This document shows positions 11,855-23,359 of a stretch of 64,000 nucleotides of DNA, one piece after another. The translations under genes and the position numbers were made by a program. Position 1 is the stretch's first letter; every line of letters starts with the position of its first letter. A model generated the notes under the pieces. That model did not search any database. It worked only from the letters and a program-made list of their open reading frames with translations, and was not told the DNA's origin. Source of the stretch: Heptranchias perlo (taxonomy: Eukaryota); assembly GCF_035084215.1 (NCBI RefSeq), contig NC_090332.1, forward strand, positions 1,860,001 to 1,924,000, given 5' to 3'.

Positions 11855-13908
11855 CGGATACAAGGTGTTCAGGAAAGATCGGGAAGGAAAGAAAGGACAG
11901 GGTTGGCAGTATTGATTAAGGAGAATATTGCAGTGCTGGAGAGAGAGGATGTCCTGGAGGGGTCAAGGACAGAATCTATTTGGTTAGAGTTAAGAAACAA
12001 TCGAGGTGCCATTACACTACTGGGTGTATTCTATAGGCCACCAACCAGTGGGAAGGATATAGAGGAGCTAATTTGCAGGGAAATTACAGAGAGGTGCAAA
12101 AGCCATCGAGTAGTGATAATGGGGACTTCAACTATCCAAATATCGACTGGGATAGTAATAATACAAGAGGCGAAGAGGGGGAAGAATTTTTGAAGTGTGT
12201 TCAGGAGAACTTTCCTGACCAATACATTTTGGGCCCAATGAGGAAGGAGGCATTGCTGGGGAATGAGGCGGGCCAAGTGGAGCAAGTGTCAATGGGGGAA
12301 CATTTAGGGAACAGTGATCATCGAGGCAGAGGGCATGGCCAAGGTACTAAATGAGTACTTTGTTTCTGTCTTTACCAAGGAAGAAGATGCTGGCAGAGTA
12401 TAATCTTCCAATCATCCTTCGATACAGGGGTAGTGCCAGAGGACTGGAGAAATGCAAATATTACACTCTTGTTCAAAAAAGGGTGTAAGGATAAACCCAG
12501 CAACTACAGGCCAGTCAGTTTAACCTCAGTGGTGGGAGATCTTTTAGAAACTATAATCCGGGACAGAATTAGCAGTCACTCGGATGAGTGTGGATTGATT
12601 TGGGAAAGCCAGCACGGATTTGTTAAAGGCAAGTCGTGTTTAACCAACTTGATAGAGTTTTTTGATGAGGTAACAGAGAGGGTAGATGAGGGCAATATGG
12701 TTGATGTGGCGTATATGGACTTTCAAAAGACGTTTGATAAAGTGCTGCATAATAGGCTTATCATCAAGATTCAAGCCCATGGAATAAAAGGGGCAGTGGC
12801 AATATGGATACAGAATTGGCTAAGTAACAGGAAACAGAGAGTAGTGGTGAACGGTTGTTTTTTGGACTGGAGGGAGGTGTACAGTGGTGTCCCCCAGGGG
12901 GTCAGTGCTGGAACCATGGCTTTTCTTGATATATATTAATGACTTGGACTTGGATGTACAGGGCACAATTTCCAAATTTGCAGATGACACAAAACTTAGA
13001 AGGGTAGTGAACAGTGAGAACGATAGTGATGGACTTCAAGAGGATATAGAGAGGCTGGTGGCATGGGCGGACATGTGGCAGATGAAATTTAATGCAGAAA
13101 AATGCGAGGTGATACATTTTGGTAGGAAGAATGAGGAAAGGCAATATAAACTAAAGGGCAGAATTCTAAAAGGGGTACAGGAACAGAGAGATCTGGGGGT
13201 ATTTGTGCACAAATCGTTGAAGGTGGCAGGACAGGTTGAGAAAGTGGTTAATAAAGCATACAGGATCCTGGGCTTTATAAATAGAGGGATAGAGTACAAA
13301 AGTACGGAAGTCATGCTGAACCTTTATAAAACACTGGTTTGGCCACAGCTGGAGTATTGTGTCCAGTTCTGGGCACCGCACTTTAGGAAGATGTGAAGGC
13401 CTTAGAGAGAGTGCAGAAGAAATTTACTAGAATGGTCCCAGGGATGAGGGATTTTAGTTACATAGATAGACTGGAGAAACTGGGATTGTTCTCCTTGGAA
13501 CAGAGGCAGTTGAAAGGAGATTTGATCGAGGTATTCAAAATCATGAAGGGTCGAGACAGGGTAGATAGAAATAAACTCTTCCCATTGGTGGAAGGGTCAA
13601 GAACCAGAGGACATAGATTTAAGGTGATTGGCAAAAGAACCAAAGGTGACTTGAGGAAAACTTTTTTACCCAGCGAGTGGTTATGATCTGGAATGCACTG
13701 CCCGAGGGGGTGGTGGAGGCAGATTCAATCATGGTCTTCAAAAGGGAACTGGATAAGTACTTGAAACAAAACAAAATTTGCAGGGCTACGGGGAAAGGGC
13801 GGGGGAGTGGGACTAGCTGGATTGCTCTTGCATAGAGCCGGCACGGACTTGATGGGCCAAATGGCCTCTTTTCATGCTGTAACCTTTCTATGATTGTATT
13901 ATTCTATA
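11855..13908 (+). mobile_element. CR1-type LINE, internally deleted and frameshifted (endonuclease fragment, RT, 3' tail)
   Basis: APE-like 'ESIWLEL..GVFYRPP..VVIMGDFNYPNIDW'; RT motifs 'NYRPVSLTSVVG', 'QHGFVKGKSCLTNL', 'SGVPQG', 'SKFADDTKL'; several frameshifts; 'ttctatgatt' tail. Confidence 0.95.
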
Positions 13909-14084
13909 AGTCGTTACAGATCTTTTCCTTCTCTGTGTTGAGAGGGAAAGGGTTCAGGCTCATTCTCCTCCGCTGATTCCAAGCTGTTTACATAAAGATT
14001 TTGTTTTGTACTTAAACATCATCAGTTCCAATTACGCTGCTTCTTGGGTTGATAAATAAATCTGCGGGTAGCGTGCTGGGTTCA

Positions 14085-14233
14085 ACCGGGGAAAGCCATT
14101 GCGTTGTTACTTCCTCATTCAGTACCAAATAAGGATTCTAAACAAAGGAACAGGGAAATTGAGAAAGGTTCAGTTAACTCTGCCACATTCTTTATCCAAT
14201 TACAAATCACTCACCAAAGCATTTGGAATCAAA
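14085..14233 (+). promoter_or_regulatory. Putative TATA-less hematopoietic-type proximal promoter
   Basis: ACTTCCTCATT (reverse AATGAGGAAGT, PU.1/Spi-B-like ETS site) at 14109-14119, RUNX-like TGCCACA at ~14181 and CCAAT at ~14196, just upstream of the leader ATG; motif matches only. Confidence 0.35.
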
Positions 14234-14285
14234 ATGATTCTCAGAGCACCCGTTTCAGTCACTCTGATCTTCTGCTTTGTTGCTG
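14234..14285 (+). CDS. Exon 1: signal peptide of the V-V-TM-ITAM immunoreceptor (MILRAPVSVTLIFCFVA-G)
   Basis: aaaATG context, hydrophobic leader, phase-1 donor G|gtgagt typical of IgSF leader exons. Confidence 0.8.
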
Positions 14286-14779
14286 GTGAGTACACTGGTA
14301 GGGAAATAGTGGGGAAATGCACTACTGTAACATGTGGCATGTTACTGAGATATGGACAGTTCGGAAAGGGCCCAGGGCCAAGCTTTGGTCTGTGGCTAGG
14401 CTTGACGGGGGTGGGTGGGGGCTCTAAGAGTTGGCTTTAGCAGTCCTGGGCTATGGTGGGAAAGAAAAATCAGCCGGAGGCCCTGTTCCCGATCGCTGTC
14501 CACTTACGTGGACACGGAGTGAGGGCAGATTTGGGGCTTGGCTGTGTTAAATCTCACAGTCAGATGGTGCAGCAATGCACACACACTGGCTCAGCTCACC
14601 CGTGAACAATGGCCACTTGGTCAAGGTACTGGAAGTAAGCCAGCACCCTGATATCGTTCCCCAGCCTGAGTTACCAGATCCCAGATACCCGTGGGACTGT
14701 ACCCCAGATTCAGGAATTACCAGATTCAGGGATGGACAGGAGGAAAAGGGGAAAAGGAGAAGTGAAATTGGAGTGCAGA

Positions 14780-15115
14780 CAGAGAAAGGGACTGTGGAAT
14801 GAAAGAGACTGGGCAGAGAGAGAGAGACTGTGGGCAGAGAGAGTGAGACTGTGGAAGGAAAGAGACTGGGCAGAGAGAGAGAGACTGGGATGAGAGAGAG
14901 AGACTGTGGGCAGAAAGAGAGAGACTGTGGAAGGAAAGAGACTGGGCAGAGAGAGAGGGTCTGTGGGCAGAGAGAGTGAGACTGTGGGCAGAGCGAGGGA
15001 ATGTGGGCGGAGAGAGAGACTGTGGACAGAGAGAGGGACTGTGGACAGAGAGAGAGACGATGGGCAGAGACAGCGTGTACAGAGAGCGTGTGTACAGAGA
15101 GAGCGTGTACAGTGA
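14780..15115. repeat. GA-rich degenerate minisatellite (gagagactgtgggcaga-like)
   Basis: Visible imperfect tandem units. Confidence 0.85.
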
Positions 15116-15194
15116 GAGTAGATGGTAATGTGGTGGTTACTTTGAGCTCAACCAAACTCTGCTGCCAGTATCGTAATCTGCACCAAGTCCCGTT

Positions 15195-15626
15195 CACCCA
15201 TCATCTTTGTGCTCGCTGACCTACATTGGCTCCTGATCCAGGAACGCCTCGATTTAAAAATTTTTATCCTTGTTTTCAAATCTCTCCGTGGCTTCGCCCC
15301 TCCCTATCTCTGTAATCTCCGACAACCTTCCGAGATCTCTGCGCTCCTCCAATTCTGGCCTCTTGCGCATCCACCATTTTCATCACTCCACCATTGGCGG
15401 CCGTGCCTTCAGCAGTCTGGGCCCCTAAGCCCTGGATTTCCCTCCCTCAACCTCTCCGCCTCTCTCTCCCCCTTTAAGATACTTCTTAAAACTTACTTCT
15501 TTGACCAAACCTGTCCTAATATCTCGTTTTGTGGCTCTTGACAAATTTTGTTTGATAACGCTGCTGGGAAGTGCCTGGGGCATTTTACTACGTTAAAGGC
15601 ACTGTATAAATGCAAGTAGTTATTGC
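15195..15626 (+). mobile_element. L2-clade LINE 3' fragment
   Basis: Translation 'LADLHWLLIQERLDLKIFILVFKSLRGFAPPYL' is typical of the L2 ORF2 C-terminus; tail 'gttaaaggcactgtataaatgcaagt'. Confidence 0.8.
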
Positions 15627-16319
15627 TTTGTTACTGGACTAATAATCCAGAGAACGTGAATTCAAATCCCACCATGGGCAGTTTGAGAATTTGAATTCAG
15701 TTTAAAAATCTGGTATCAGTAAAAGTGACCATGAGCTGTCGGATTGTCGTTTGGTCAGGCAGCCAATTTTCATTCCGACCTTTGCCCCCAAAGTCCTTGT
15801 TTGGTAATATCTTACGGACAGTGCGCACTTTGTGAAAAGCAGAGAGCGCTGAGATCATGTGACGCTAGACATGGAGACAGGCAGCTCCTGACACTTTCCA
15901 TGTGTAAAGACAGGATACTCCTGTCCGTCACTATTAATCGCCCAGTTAGACCACGCTTTCACATCGAGCAGGGGTCTCTGCAGAAGGAGGAGTGCAGCAA
16001 ATTGCACCCAATGCCATCAATGAACTGTTCACTGCCAGAACGGGCGGTCGGCCAAAGTCAAAATGGAGCCCATCCTATCGCTCTCAGCACTGGCACGCAA
16101 CATTCTACAGGTGAAGTGTTATCACTGGGACGGGCTGCCTTCAGCCACAGAAATCTGTAAACGTTATACCATCGGACAGTCGTGTCGGGGTGACATTCCA
16201 CTGTGTTAATTTGCGACTTTTTATTTTCCATCCCCCAGGGTAGCAGCAGCCGCTCCTGAATAAAGATTATGAATCATAGCTGCAACTAAAGAGATGTTCG
16301 TCCCTTTCTAATCTGTCGC

Positions 16320-16466
16320 CTGGAATTTCCGCGGGGATTCTCTGGTGGGACGTCGGCAGAATCCCGCGGGGGAGCGATGTTAGCGGCTAAAACAAACGGT
16401 CATTTCCCCCGATTTCTCGCCTGTGTTGTGGCAGCAGAATCGGGGAGAATCCCGTGAATATTCAAG
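16320..16466. mobile_element. Degenerate MITE-like element
   Basis: Imperfect TIRs ctggaatttccgcggggattctc / gagaatcccgtgaatattcaag. Confidence 0.45.
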
Positions 16467-16572
16467 GCTTCTAATCTGAAACGGAGAGAGATCGTAAAAG
16501 TTGTTAAGTTGCGGCCTTACCATTTGTTGTTTTTGTTCCGTGATTTCATGCTGTAAATGTTTACCTTTCTAG

Positions 16573-16914
16573 GGGCAATGAATAACCCGATCCTTATTCA
16601 ATCACCCCCAGTTATTACTGTGGTGAAGGGGCTGACTGTGCAGCTGTGGTGTGCCATGTATGATGCCTGTGTGAGTACAACCAATGTATACTGGTACCAG
16701 CAGAGGCCTGGGACAGAGTCCACATGGGTGATAAGTTTACAACCCACCCCTATTTGGAAAAGAGGTTTCCCTCATCGATTTTGGCCTTCCAGAGAAGTCG
16801 CCAGGAACATATACCTTCTGACCATCAGAGACGTGCAGCCCAGTGACACCGCTCTCTATACCTGCGGTGTGAGGGGAGCTTACCCTGAAGCAGGAACTCG
16901 GCTGAATGTAACCA
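16573..16914 (+). CDS. Exon 2: V-set Ig domain D1 with germline J-like strand
   Basis: Acceptor tttctag|, donor |gtaagt, phase 1-1. Has IQSP, B-strand Cys (LWC), WYQQRPG, RF, LTI, D-x-A-x-Y-x-C (DTALYTC) and G strand AGTRLNVT. Confidence 0.92.
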
Positions 16915-17705
16915 GTAAGTAAATGTTAGCTCACACTCACAGTAACAATAATGAACGGTGTTTCTGGATATTCAAATAAAAAGCACAGACTATTGGATTG
17001 GATCTTAACACAGGAACTGTGTATTGGGACGAGCTGGGTTTGGCTAAATGCCCTTTCTTGTTACTAATTCTTTTGTCATCTTTGCCAGGGAAGCTCCTAG
17101 TCTATATTAGAAACTTTTAATTTGAGATACGCAAGAAATAAGGTCCCTGATGGCTGACTGGGTAAATGCATTTCTTGCTGTGGTACTGAGCCCCACTAAG
17201 GGCTAAGTACAATTCTTGGTCTCTGAGTCAGCTGATCTCACCCAGTATGATTCTGAGTCTTACCACGAGGAAAGGCCAAGGTACAACCCCAGGTCTATGA
17301 TGAGGTAGAGGATCTCCCTCAGTGTATTAAAGCAGGAAAGGCCTAGGTACAGTCACTCGTTTGTTCTACGTTATTCAGTGCTCCTTTGTGTAAAGACCAT
17401 CTGTTTTCTTCCTGATCTTTTCTAGGAACAGAGGAACAGGAGTAGGCCATTCAGCCTCTCGTGCCTGCTCCACCATTTGATAAGATCATGACTGATCTGC
17501 AGTCCCACCTTTAAAGAGATCTATGGTCCAGGAATTCAGGCATGGGGAGGAGGGGGGGTGCAGTGCAGATATTGTTTTGTCTGAATCAGTAATAAACTAA
17601 CCCCAGTGCTTCAGTATGGTCATCTGTTCTCTCTTGTTAAACCCTATCCCGTGCTTCCTATGCTGATCCTTCAGATTGCTTATGTTTTTTCCTTAAAATG
17701 TGCAG

Positions 17706-18044
17706 GTGCTCCCGTTATTATCCAGTCTCCGAGCCTGGAACGTGTCACAGAGGGTCAGACAGCCCGGTTACAGTGCACCATACAGAAGGCCACAGTGAGA
17801 GACACCGATGTCCACTGGTACCGGCAACTACCAGGGCAAGATATGGAGTGGGTTTTAACACACGATGTAATGAACAACACACGAGGGGGCCCAGGGTTCA
17901 CTGACCGTTTCCAGCCTTCCAGAGACATCGCCAATAACAGCTTCATTCTGACAATCACAAACGTGCAGCCCAGTGACACTGCCGTCTATTACTGTAAAGT
18001 GTGGGGAGATATCAGTGGGAATGGAACCCAGCTCAATATAACCA
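17706..18044 (+). CDS. Exon 3: V-set Ig domain D2 with germline J-like strand
   Basis: Acceptor tgtgcag|, donor |gtaagt, phase 1-1. Has IQSP, ARLQC, WYRQLPG, DRF, LTITNVQPSDTAVYYC and J-like GNGTQLNIT. Confidence 0.94.
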
Positions 18045-18354
18045 GTAAGTACAATTTACAATATATTAGTTTAAATTACTATATATGCAGTTAGAATATG
18101 CCATGTTCTGTTCTAAAGTTATATAAAAGTGAAAAGGATATAAAATACCAAAAGAGCTCAGACTTTTCAAAAAATGGACCTTACAAAAAGCGGTGATATA
18201 AAATGAGAATCTGGACTTTGTTTCACCGTTACTGTTTGGAGGAAATGTGGGTACCCAGCATCCCGTGCCCTCTCTGTCCTGCTGTGATATATCTGAAAGT
18301 ATTGGTTCAGTTTACTTTCTCTGTCCCTTTAAATATCTTATATACCCTTGTGAG

Positions 18355-18478
18355 ATAAAGTTGAACACGGACCAAATGCTGGAATATGGGATTAGAGTAG
18401 ACAGGGCTTGATGGCCGGCGCGGACACGATGGGCCGAAGGGCCTCTATCCGTGCTGTATAACTCTATGACTCTATGAC
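18355..18478 (+). mobile_element. CR1 LINE/HE1-type 3' tail fragment
   Basis: 'gatgggccgaagggcct...gtgctgtataactctatgactctatga' terminal motif. Confidence 0.7.
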
Positions 18479-18867
18479 CTCAGATTTCTATAAAGTCGGA
18501 GGGTTGGGGGGCAGAGTTGGAGTTGGGTTTCGAGCAGGAAGTGACGGAATTTGGTGGGAGGACCAAAGATATGATAGAAGACATTTGTTTTAGGAGCCAA
18601 GGAGAGAGTGCGGACTATGATACGTGAGTGAAAAGGAATTCTAAACGTGGGTGGGCTGAGCCTGTGGAGGGATTTAATGAGGAGAAAGATGTTCAAATGG
18701 AAGGCAAGATGAGCCAGTAGTGAGACTGGGGGTTGACGAGTTTATGGGACTCTGTGTGGGAGAGGACTCGGGCTGCACAGTCTGAATTAGCAGAAGCTTG
18801 TGAATGGTAGAGGACAATGAGGAAAATATTTTGGTAATTGATCATTAAAAGGTGCTCTTGTGGATTC

Positions 18868-19030
18868 AGAGGGGCTGTTCTGGGTTAAGAGGGGCTGTTC
18901 TGGGTTAGGAGGGGCTGTTCTGGATGAAGAGGGGCTGTTCTGTATTAAGAGGGGCTGTTCTGTATTAAGAGGGGCTGTTCTGTATTAAGAGGGGCTGTTC
19001 TGTATTAAGAGGGTCTGATCTGGATTAGGT
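18868..19030. repeat. 20-bp minisatellite (GAGGGGCTGTTCTGTATTAA), ~8 units
   Basis: Direct tandem repeats. Confidence 0.9.
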
Positions 19031-19219
19031 GAGGCTGTCCTGATTAAGTGGTGCTGCTATGTTATCCTGTTAATGGAAGGTAATGCCATGAATGAAACCG
19101 GCAACCGACTTTACACAGAATACTCAGACAATGAAAATACACTCACAAGGTCCTTGAAAATGGCCCCTTTTCTCTGTTCAATGAGCTGGACTGCTCCCAT
19201 CCAGACTCCACCGACCTGT

Positions 19220-19512
19220 GACAATGCAGCACTCCCTGAGTACTGATCCTCCGACAGTGCAGGTTTCCCTCAATACTGACCCTCCGACAGTGCAGGTTTC
19301 CCTCAATACTGACCCTCCTACAGTGCAGCACTCCCTCAGTACTGACCCTCCGACATTGCAGTACCCACCCACTTAATCTCCTCCCGCAATCCATGTGCAC
19401 TCTCCCCTATCATGGACTCTACCCACCCATTTACTCTCCTCCCACAGCCCATGTGCACTCTCCCCTATCATGGACTCTACCCACCCATTTAATCTCCTCC
19501 CACAGCCCATGT
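19220..19512. repeat. 33-bp minisatellite (cagtgcagcactccctcagtactgaccctccga) followed by a ~2.5x 58-bp tandem repeat
   Basis: Direct repeats; 'ccatgt' recurs at 19391, 19449 and 19507. Confidence 0.85.
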
Positions 19513-19635
19513 AAATGGCACCATTACCAGATCCCAAGGTTTCCCTGACCGTTTTCAGCCATCCAGGAATGTCACCAGTAACAGTTACATTCTGACCATT
19601 GTGAATGTGCCACTGCTGCCTACAAACGTGAGGCC
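19508..19635 (+). pseudogene. Remnant of a third V-domain exon (pseudo-exon)
   Basis: Translates HVNGTITRSQGFPDRFQPSRNVTSNSYILTIVNV, homologous to D2 GFTDRFQPSRDIANNSFILTITNV; then a 10-bp deletion and TAAYKR in place of TAVYYC; N-terminal half missing. Confidence 0.85.
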
Positions 19636-19779
19636 ATGGTTCAGGGGCCCAACCATTTCAAATTTGGGCCTCATTTTCCCGACGATCTGTGGTTGGTATC
19701 AGGCTCTCCGCTGCAGCTTGCCCGTTTGATGCAGTGAAAATAGGCCGCGTTTTGCATCAATCTGGCAGTAAGGGCCTGT

Positions 19780-19980
19780 CGGGGTGGGGGGAGGGGGTGA
19801 AGGCGGGTTGTGGGGGAGGAGGGAGGGTAGGGGAGGAGGGGTGTAGGGGAGGGGGTTTGTGGTAGGGCGGGTTTGTGGGGGAGGCAGGGTTTGGGGGGGT
19901 GGAGATGGGGTGTTGGGGGGAGGAGGGGTGGAGGAGGGAGCGGGATGGGAGGGGCGGTAATGGAGGATGGGGGTGGGAGA
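19780..19980 (+). repeat. G-rich low-complexity tract with G-quadruplex potential
   Basis: Many runs of 3 or more G separated by short loops. Confidence 0.7.
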
Positions 19981-20207
19981 GCTCCTCCTGGCCCACAAAA
20001 TCTTTTTTTTTAAGTGACCAAATTGTCATGTTTCAGTATTTTTGGCCAACTGAACACAGGAGGAGTCAAATGTAATTTATATTAAAAGGAAGATATTAAG
20101 TCACATTTTGCTCGCAAGGGAGCAAACTCATCCCAGAACTCATTACGTCGAGATGGTCCCAGATTCAGGAAGTAGCCCACCGACCAAAAACAGACCCGAA
20201 ATGCGCA

Positions 20208-20760
20208 ACACAAATTTAATAGAGTTCTTTCAGGAAATTACAGAATCTAGTGATAAAGGAAAAGGTGTAGATATTGTGAAAATGGCTTTTCGAAAGGCAT
20301 TTGCTAAGGTGCCACAAAGGAGGCTTGTTGATAATTTTAAGGCACGCGGTATTAAAGGAGGTGTGGAAGCATGGACAGGAAGTTGGTTAAAGGATAGAAA
20401 ACAAGAGTAATGGTTAGTGGATGGTTTTCAGACTGTGGGGATGTAAACAGTGATGTCTCCCAGGGCTCAGTGTTGGGGCCATTGCAGCTCTCAATATATA
20501 CAAATGACCTGGACTCGGTGATAGGGGACACAATATGAAAATTTGCAGATGACACCAAAATAAGGATCATAATTAACTATGAAGAGGCCTTCAGGAGGAC
20601 ATAGATAGTAGATTGGCCAGATAAATTACAAAGGTTAAGAGGAGATTTGATAAAGGTTGTGAAAGGTTGTGATTAAATAAATCGAGACAAACTATTTTGA
20701 TTAGTTGGTTAGTCATAAGTAGAGGGCATAAATTTAAGATCATTGCCAAAACATGATTAA
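20208..20760 (+). mobile_element. Degenerate CR1 RT fragment
   Basis: 'TNLIEFFQEIT...VDIV..AFRKAFAKVP', 'cagggctcagtgttggggcc', 'aaatttgcagatgacaccaaa' (KFADDTK). Confidence 0.85.
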
Positions 20761-22378
20761 TTTTGGATTCTGGGAGAAGTTTCAATAAACATTCCCCTGA
20801 GACATGTTAAATGGTACCTCCCTTCTCCCTTGCCTTTCCAAGCACCAGGTGGGCACCCATCTGGAGGAGTGCAGAAGAAGCAGTGATAAGCCTTATGCCC
20901 AGTCCTGCTCAGGTGGGTGATCTGAGTGGGGCCTGGGTGCCAACTATCGCATCCATGCAGAAGTGAAGTGCCTTCTTTTGCAAGACCATTAGTGCCATTA
21001 ATATGGTGTGAAGCTGCAAATGTAGCTGAGTTCAGGACAGGTTAGGCAAAGCACATTGCATCTCCTTCACCCCCCAAAGGTTAGCAGGAAAAACTGAAAA
21101 CTATCTATCCATCCATCCTCACATCTCCACCATTCTACCCTGGTGGGCTGCCCTCCATGGACAACATCCCCCACCATCTCAGTCTATACCTATTCCTGTA
21201 AACTCCAGTCTCACGCTCAAGCAAATATTTATCCAGCTCCTTTTTTGAAGGAGTTAATCAGTTCAGCATCAAATTCTGCTGGGAGTTTGTTCCATAAATC
21301 TACTGCTGTCCGCTCTCTAGTCTTGCTTGTTAATTTTACAACTTCATTTTTCAATTCTGTGGCAAGAGTCTTGGACTAACAACCTGCTTATATCTACATC
21401 ATGTATCTTTTGCACGAGAAGACCTGGAGAATACTCCCCTGGAATCTTTTCCCCCTGGAATCTTTTCCCCCTGGAATCTTTCCCCCCTGTAATCTTCCGT
21501 TTGCCAATGAAAACAAGTTCAACTCTGCCGCTCTTTCCTCATAATATAGAGACTGAGGTCCCAAAATCAATGTGATTTTGAAGATGAGGGTGCCCAGCAC
21601 TGCATGTAATCAGGTAAACTGTGAGACTCTGCTCCTGGCATGGAGTTGAGTTCATTGGGAATCTCCGAGGATTTATCCAAATCTTACAGATAAAGGGTGA
21701 AATTTAACTTTGCCAAAATGGACGGTGACGGGTTAACCACCCGTTATGCAACGCGGCCTATTATCTTTCCATTGAAGACATCGTCTTCTCCAACTTGCTC
21801 ACGAATGTGTTTGACATTTTCTGTTCCAATATGTAGAACTTTACACTTATCTACTTCACCATTCCTCAACTCATCTGCTCACATCTTTTTAAAATTAGTT
21901 TATCTCCTTTATACAAGTCACATGGCCACATCGATTGGCGATATCAGCAAATGTTACACTACTGTATACAAAGTACTCTCCTCCAGGCCGTGTAAGGTTT
22001 GTGTGATCAGCAGAGGATACAGAAGAGACCCCACTGGGCCTCTGGTAATCACTGTCCCTCCATTCGAGGATCTCTGCTGCTTTTATCAACACTTCTACTT
22101 CCTTTTGCCAAACGGTTTTCAACACAGCTAGAAAACATAGTAAATGGTCAATGTGTGATCCTGGGACAGACTGACAGCCCACATTATAGACAAATCAAAG
22201 TGCTCTATGTTTAAACTAACATTATCCCTCCAAGTTCCCACCATGTCGGGTTCCTGATCAATCTGAATTCCACCCTGGTTTTATTTTCCCATTGGCGCCA
22301 TTTCAGACTGCACTGACTGAAGAGAATCTGATTTCTTCCCCTGATCTTCGGCCTGAAACATGTGTTTTCCTTTCACAG

Positions 22379-22513
22379 TTTCTGAAGCACAAGTGGATCG
22401 AGATGTGAAGACGACCCTTGTCTGGATCATTCTGGGGGCTGTGCTGGGAGTTACTGTCATTACTGGAGGCATTTTACTCATCAGATATAAACTTTTTGGG
22501 AAAAAACAATCCC
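22379..22513 (+). CDS. Exon 4: stalk and transmembrane (ISEAQVDRDVKTT LVWIILGAVLGVTVITGGILLI RYKLFGKKQS)
   Basis: Strong acceptor ttttcctttcacag|, donor |gtatgt, phase 1-1; 22-aa hydrophobic helix followed by basic stop-transfer residues; not in the ORF track. Confidence 0.88.
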
Positions 22514-22694
22514 GTATGTGTAACTAAATAATTCAGTTTGACTTGATTGTTTATATAGTTCCTAAAATATAAAAGGCCACAACTAATTGTTAAAGAACCT
22601 GTTTTGGTAATGTATAAAAAGTTATTATTGACAGCAAATTATGATTAATATGACTGTAATTGATGTTGGTGAGATTTTATCATTTACTTCACAG

Positions 22695-22768
22695 CATCAT
22701 CGGGTACAGCTGGTGATCAGGACACAACTGCAGATTATGAAAATATTTCTTGTGCAAGAGACACACGG
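22695..22768 (+). CDS. Exon 5: cytoplasmic (PSSGTAGDQDTTADYENISCARDTR)
   Basis: Acceptor ttacttcacag|, donor |gtgagt, phase 1-0 in frame with exon 4; DYENI tyrosine motif. Confidence 0.82.
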
Positions 22769-23359
22769 GTGAGTTCAGTTGGTTTTCGAGGATGTTGCTT
22801 TCTGTAATGAGAAAGGATCTGTGTGGTGGGACTGATCTGATGGTATGTTTGTGACTTCTTTTTACACCATTTTATCCAGTTATTTTCCAGCTCTTATTTT
22901 CCCCAGATGGCACTGTAGACCATCTGAATATTTGCAATTAAGATAAATGTCTTTGCATTGCACAAATGTACTTTGATGAATCTGTCCCTGGATGCAGAGA
23001 TACTCATCACACACCGGCAGAGGATGAAGAGATATGTAGGCATAGACTCCAAGTCTGAACGATTTGAGTGAGGGTTTAGTGGGCAGTAGTTTGTAATATC
23101 TTTGGTCAGCAAATCTGCTGATTTCCCATTCCCCACAACATTACATTTGAAATTATCCTCTCTTTAAATCCTTCTGGGCCGTCGTCCAATCCTACCTCTA
23201 CAATCTCCTCCAGCTCTATTATCCTGCACCTCATCACTTCATTCTTCTGACTCTGGCCTGTCGTGCACCTCCCAACCATTGCTCCTCCATTGGTAATAAA
23301 GCCTTCAGTCGCATGGGCCCTGCTCTTTGGAATTCCCTTCAAACTTCACTGCCTTCCGC

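Noticed and set aside
16936-16990. Heptamer-like 'cacagta' after V exon D1 as a possible RSS
   Set aside because: It lies in the intron beyond the splice donor and the already encoded J-like strand; there is no convincing nonamer at 12/23 spacing.
16573-18044. Conventional Ig light-chain or TCR locus
   Set aside because: No separate J segments, RSS or C1 constant exon were found; there is one leader for two V exons, followed by TM and signalling exons.
22891-23040. Additional candidate cytoplasmic exons (AGs near 22890, 22906, 22997; also ~26102-26138)
   Set aside because: They give in-frame stops or have weak or phase-incompatible splice sites; they cannot be excluded without RNA data.
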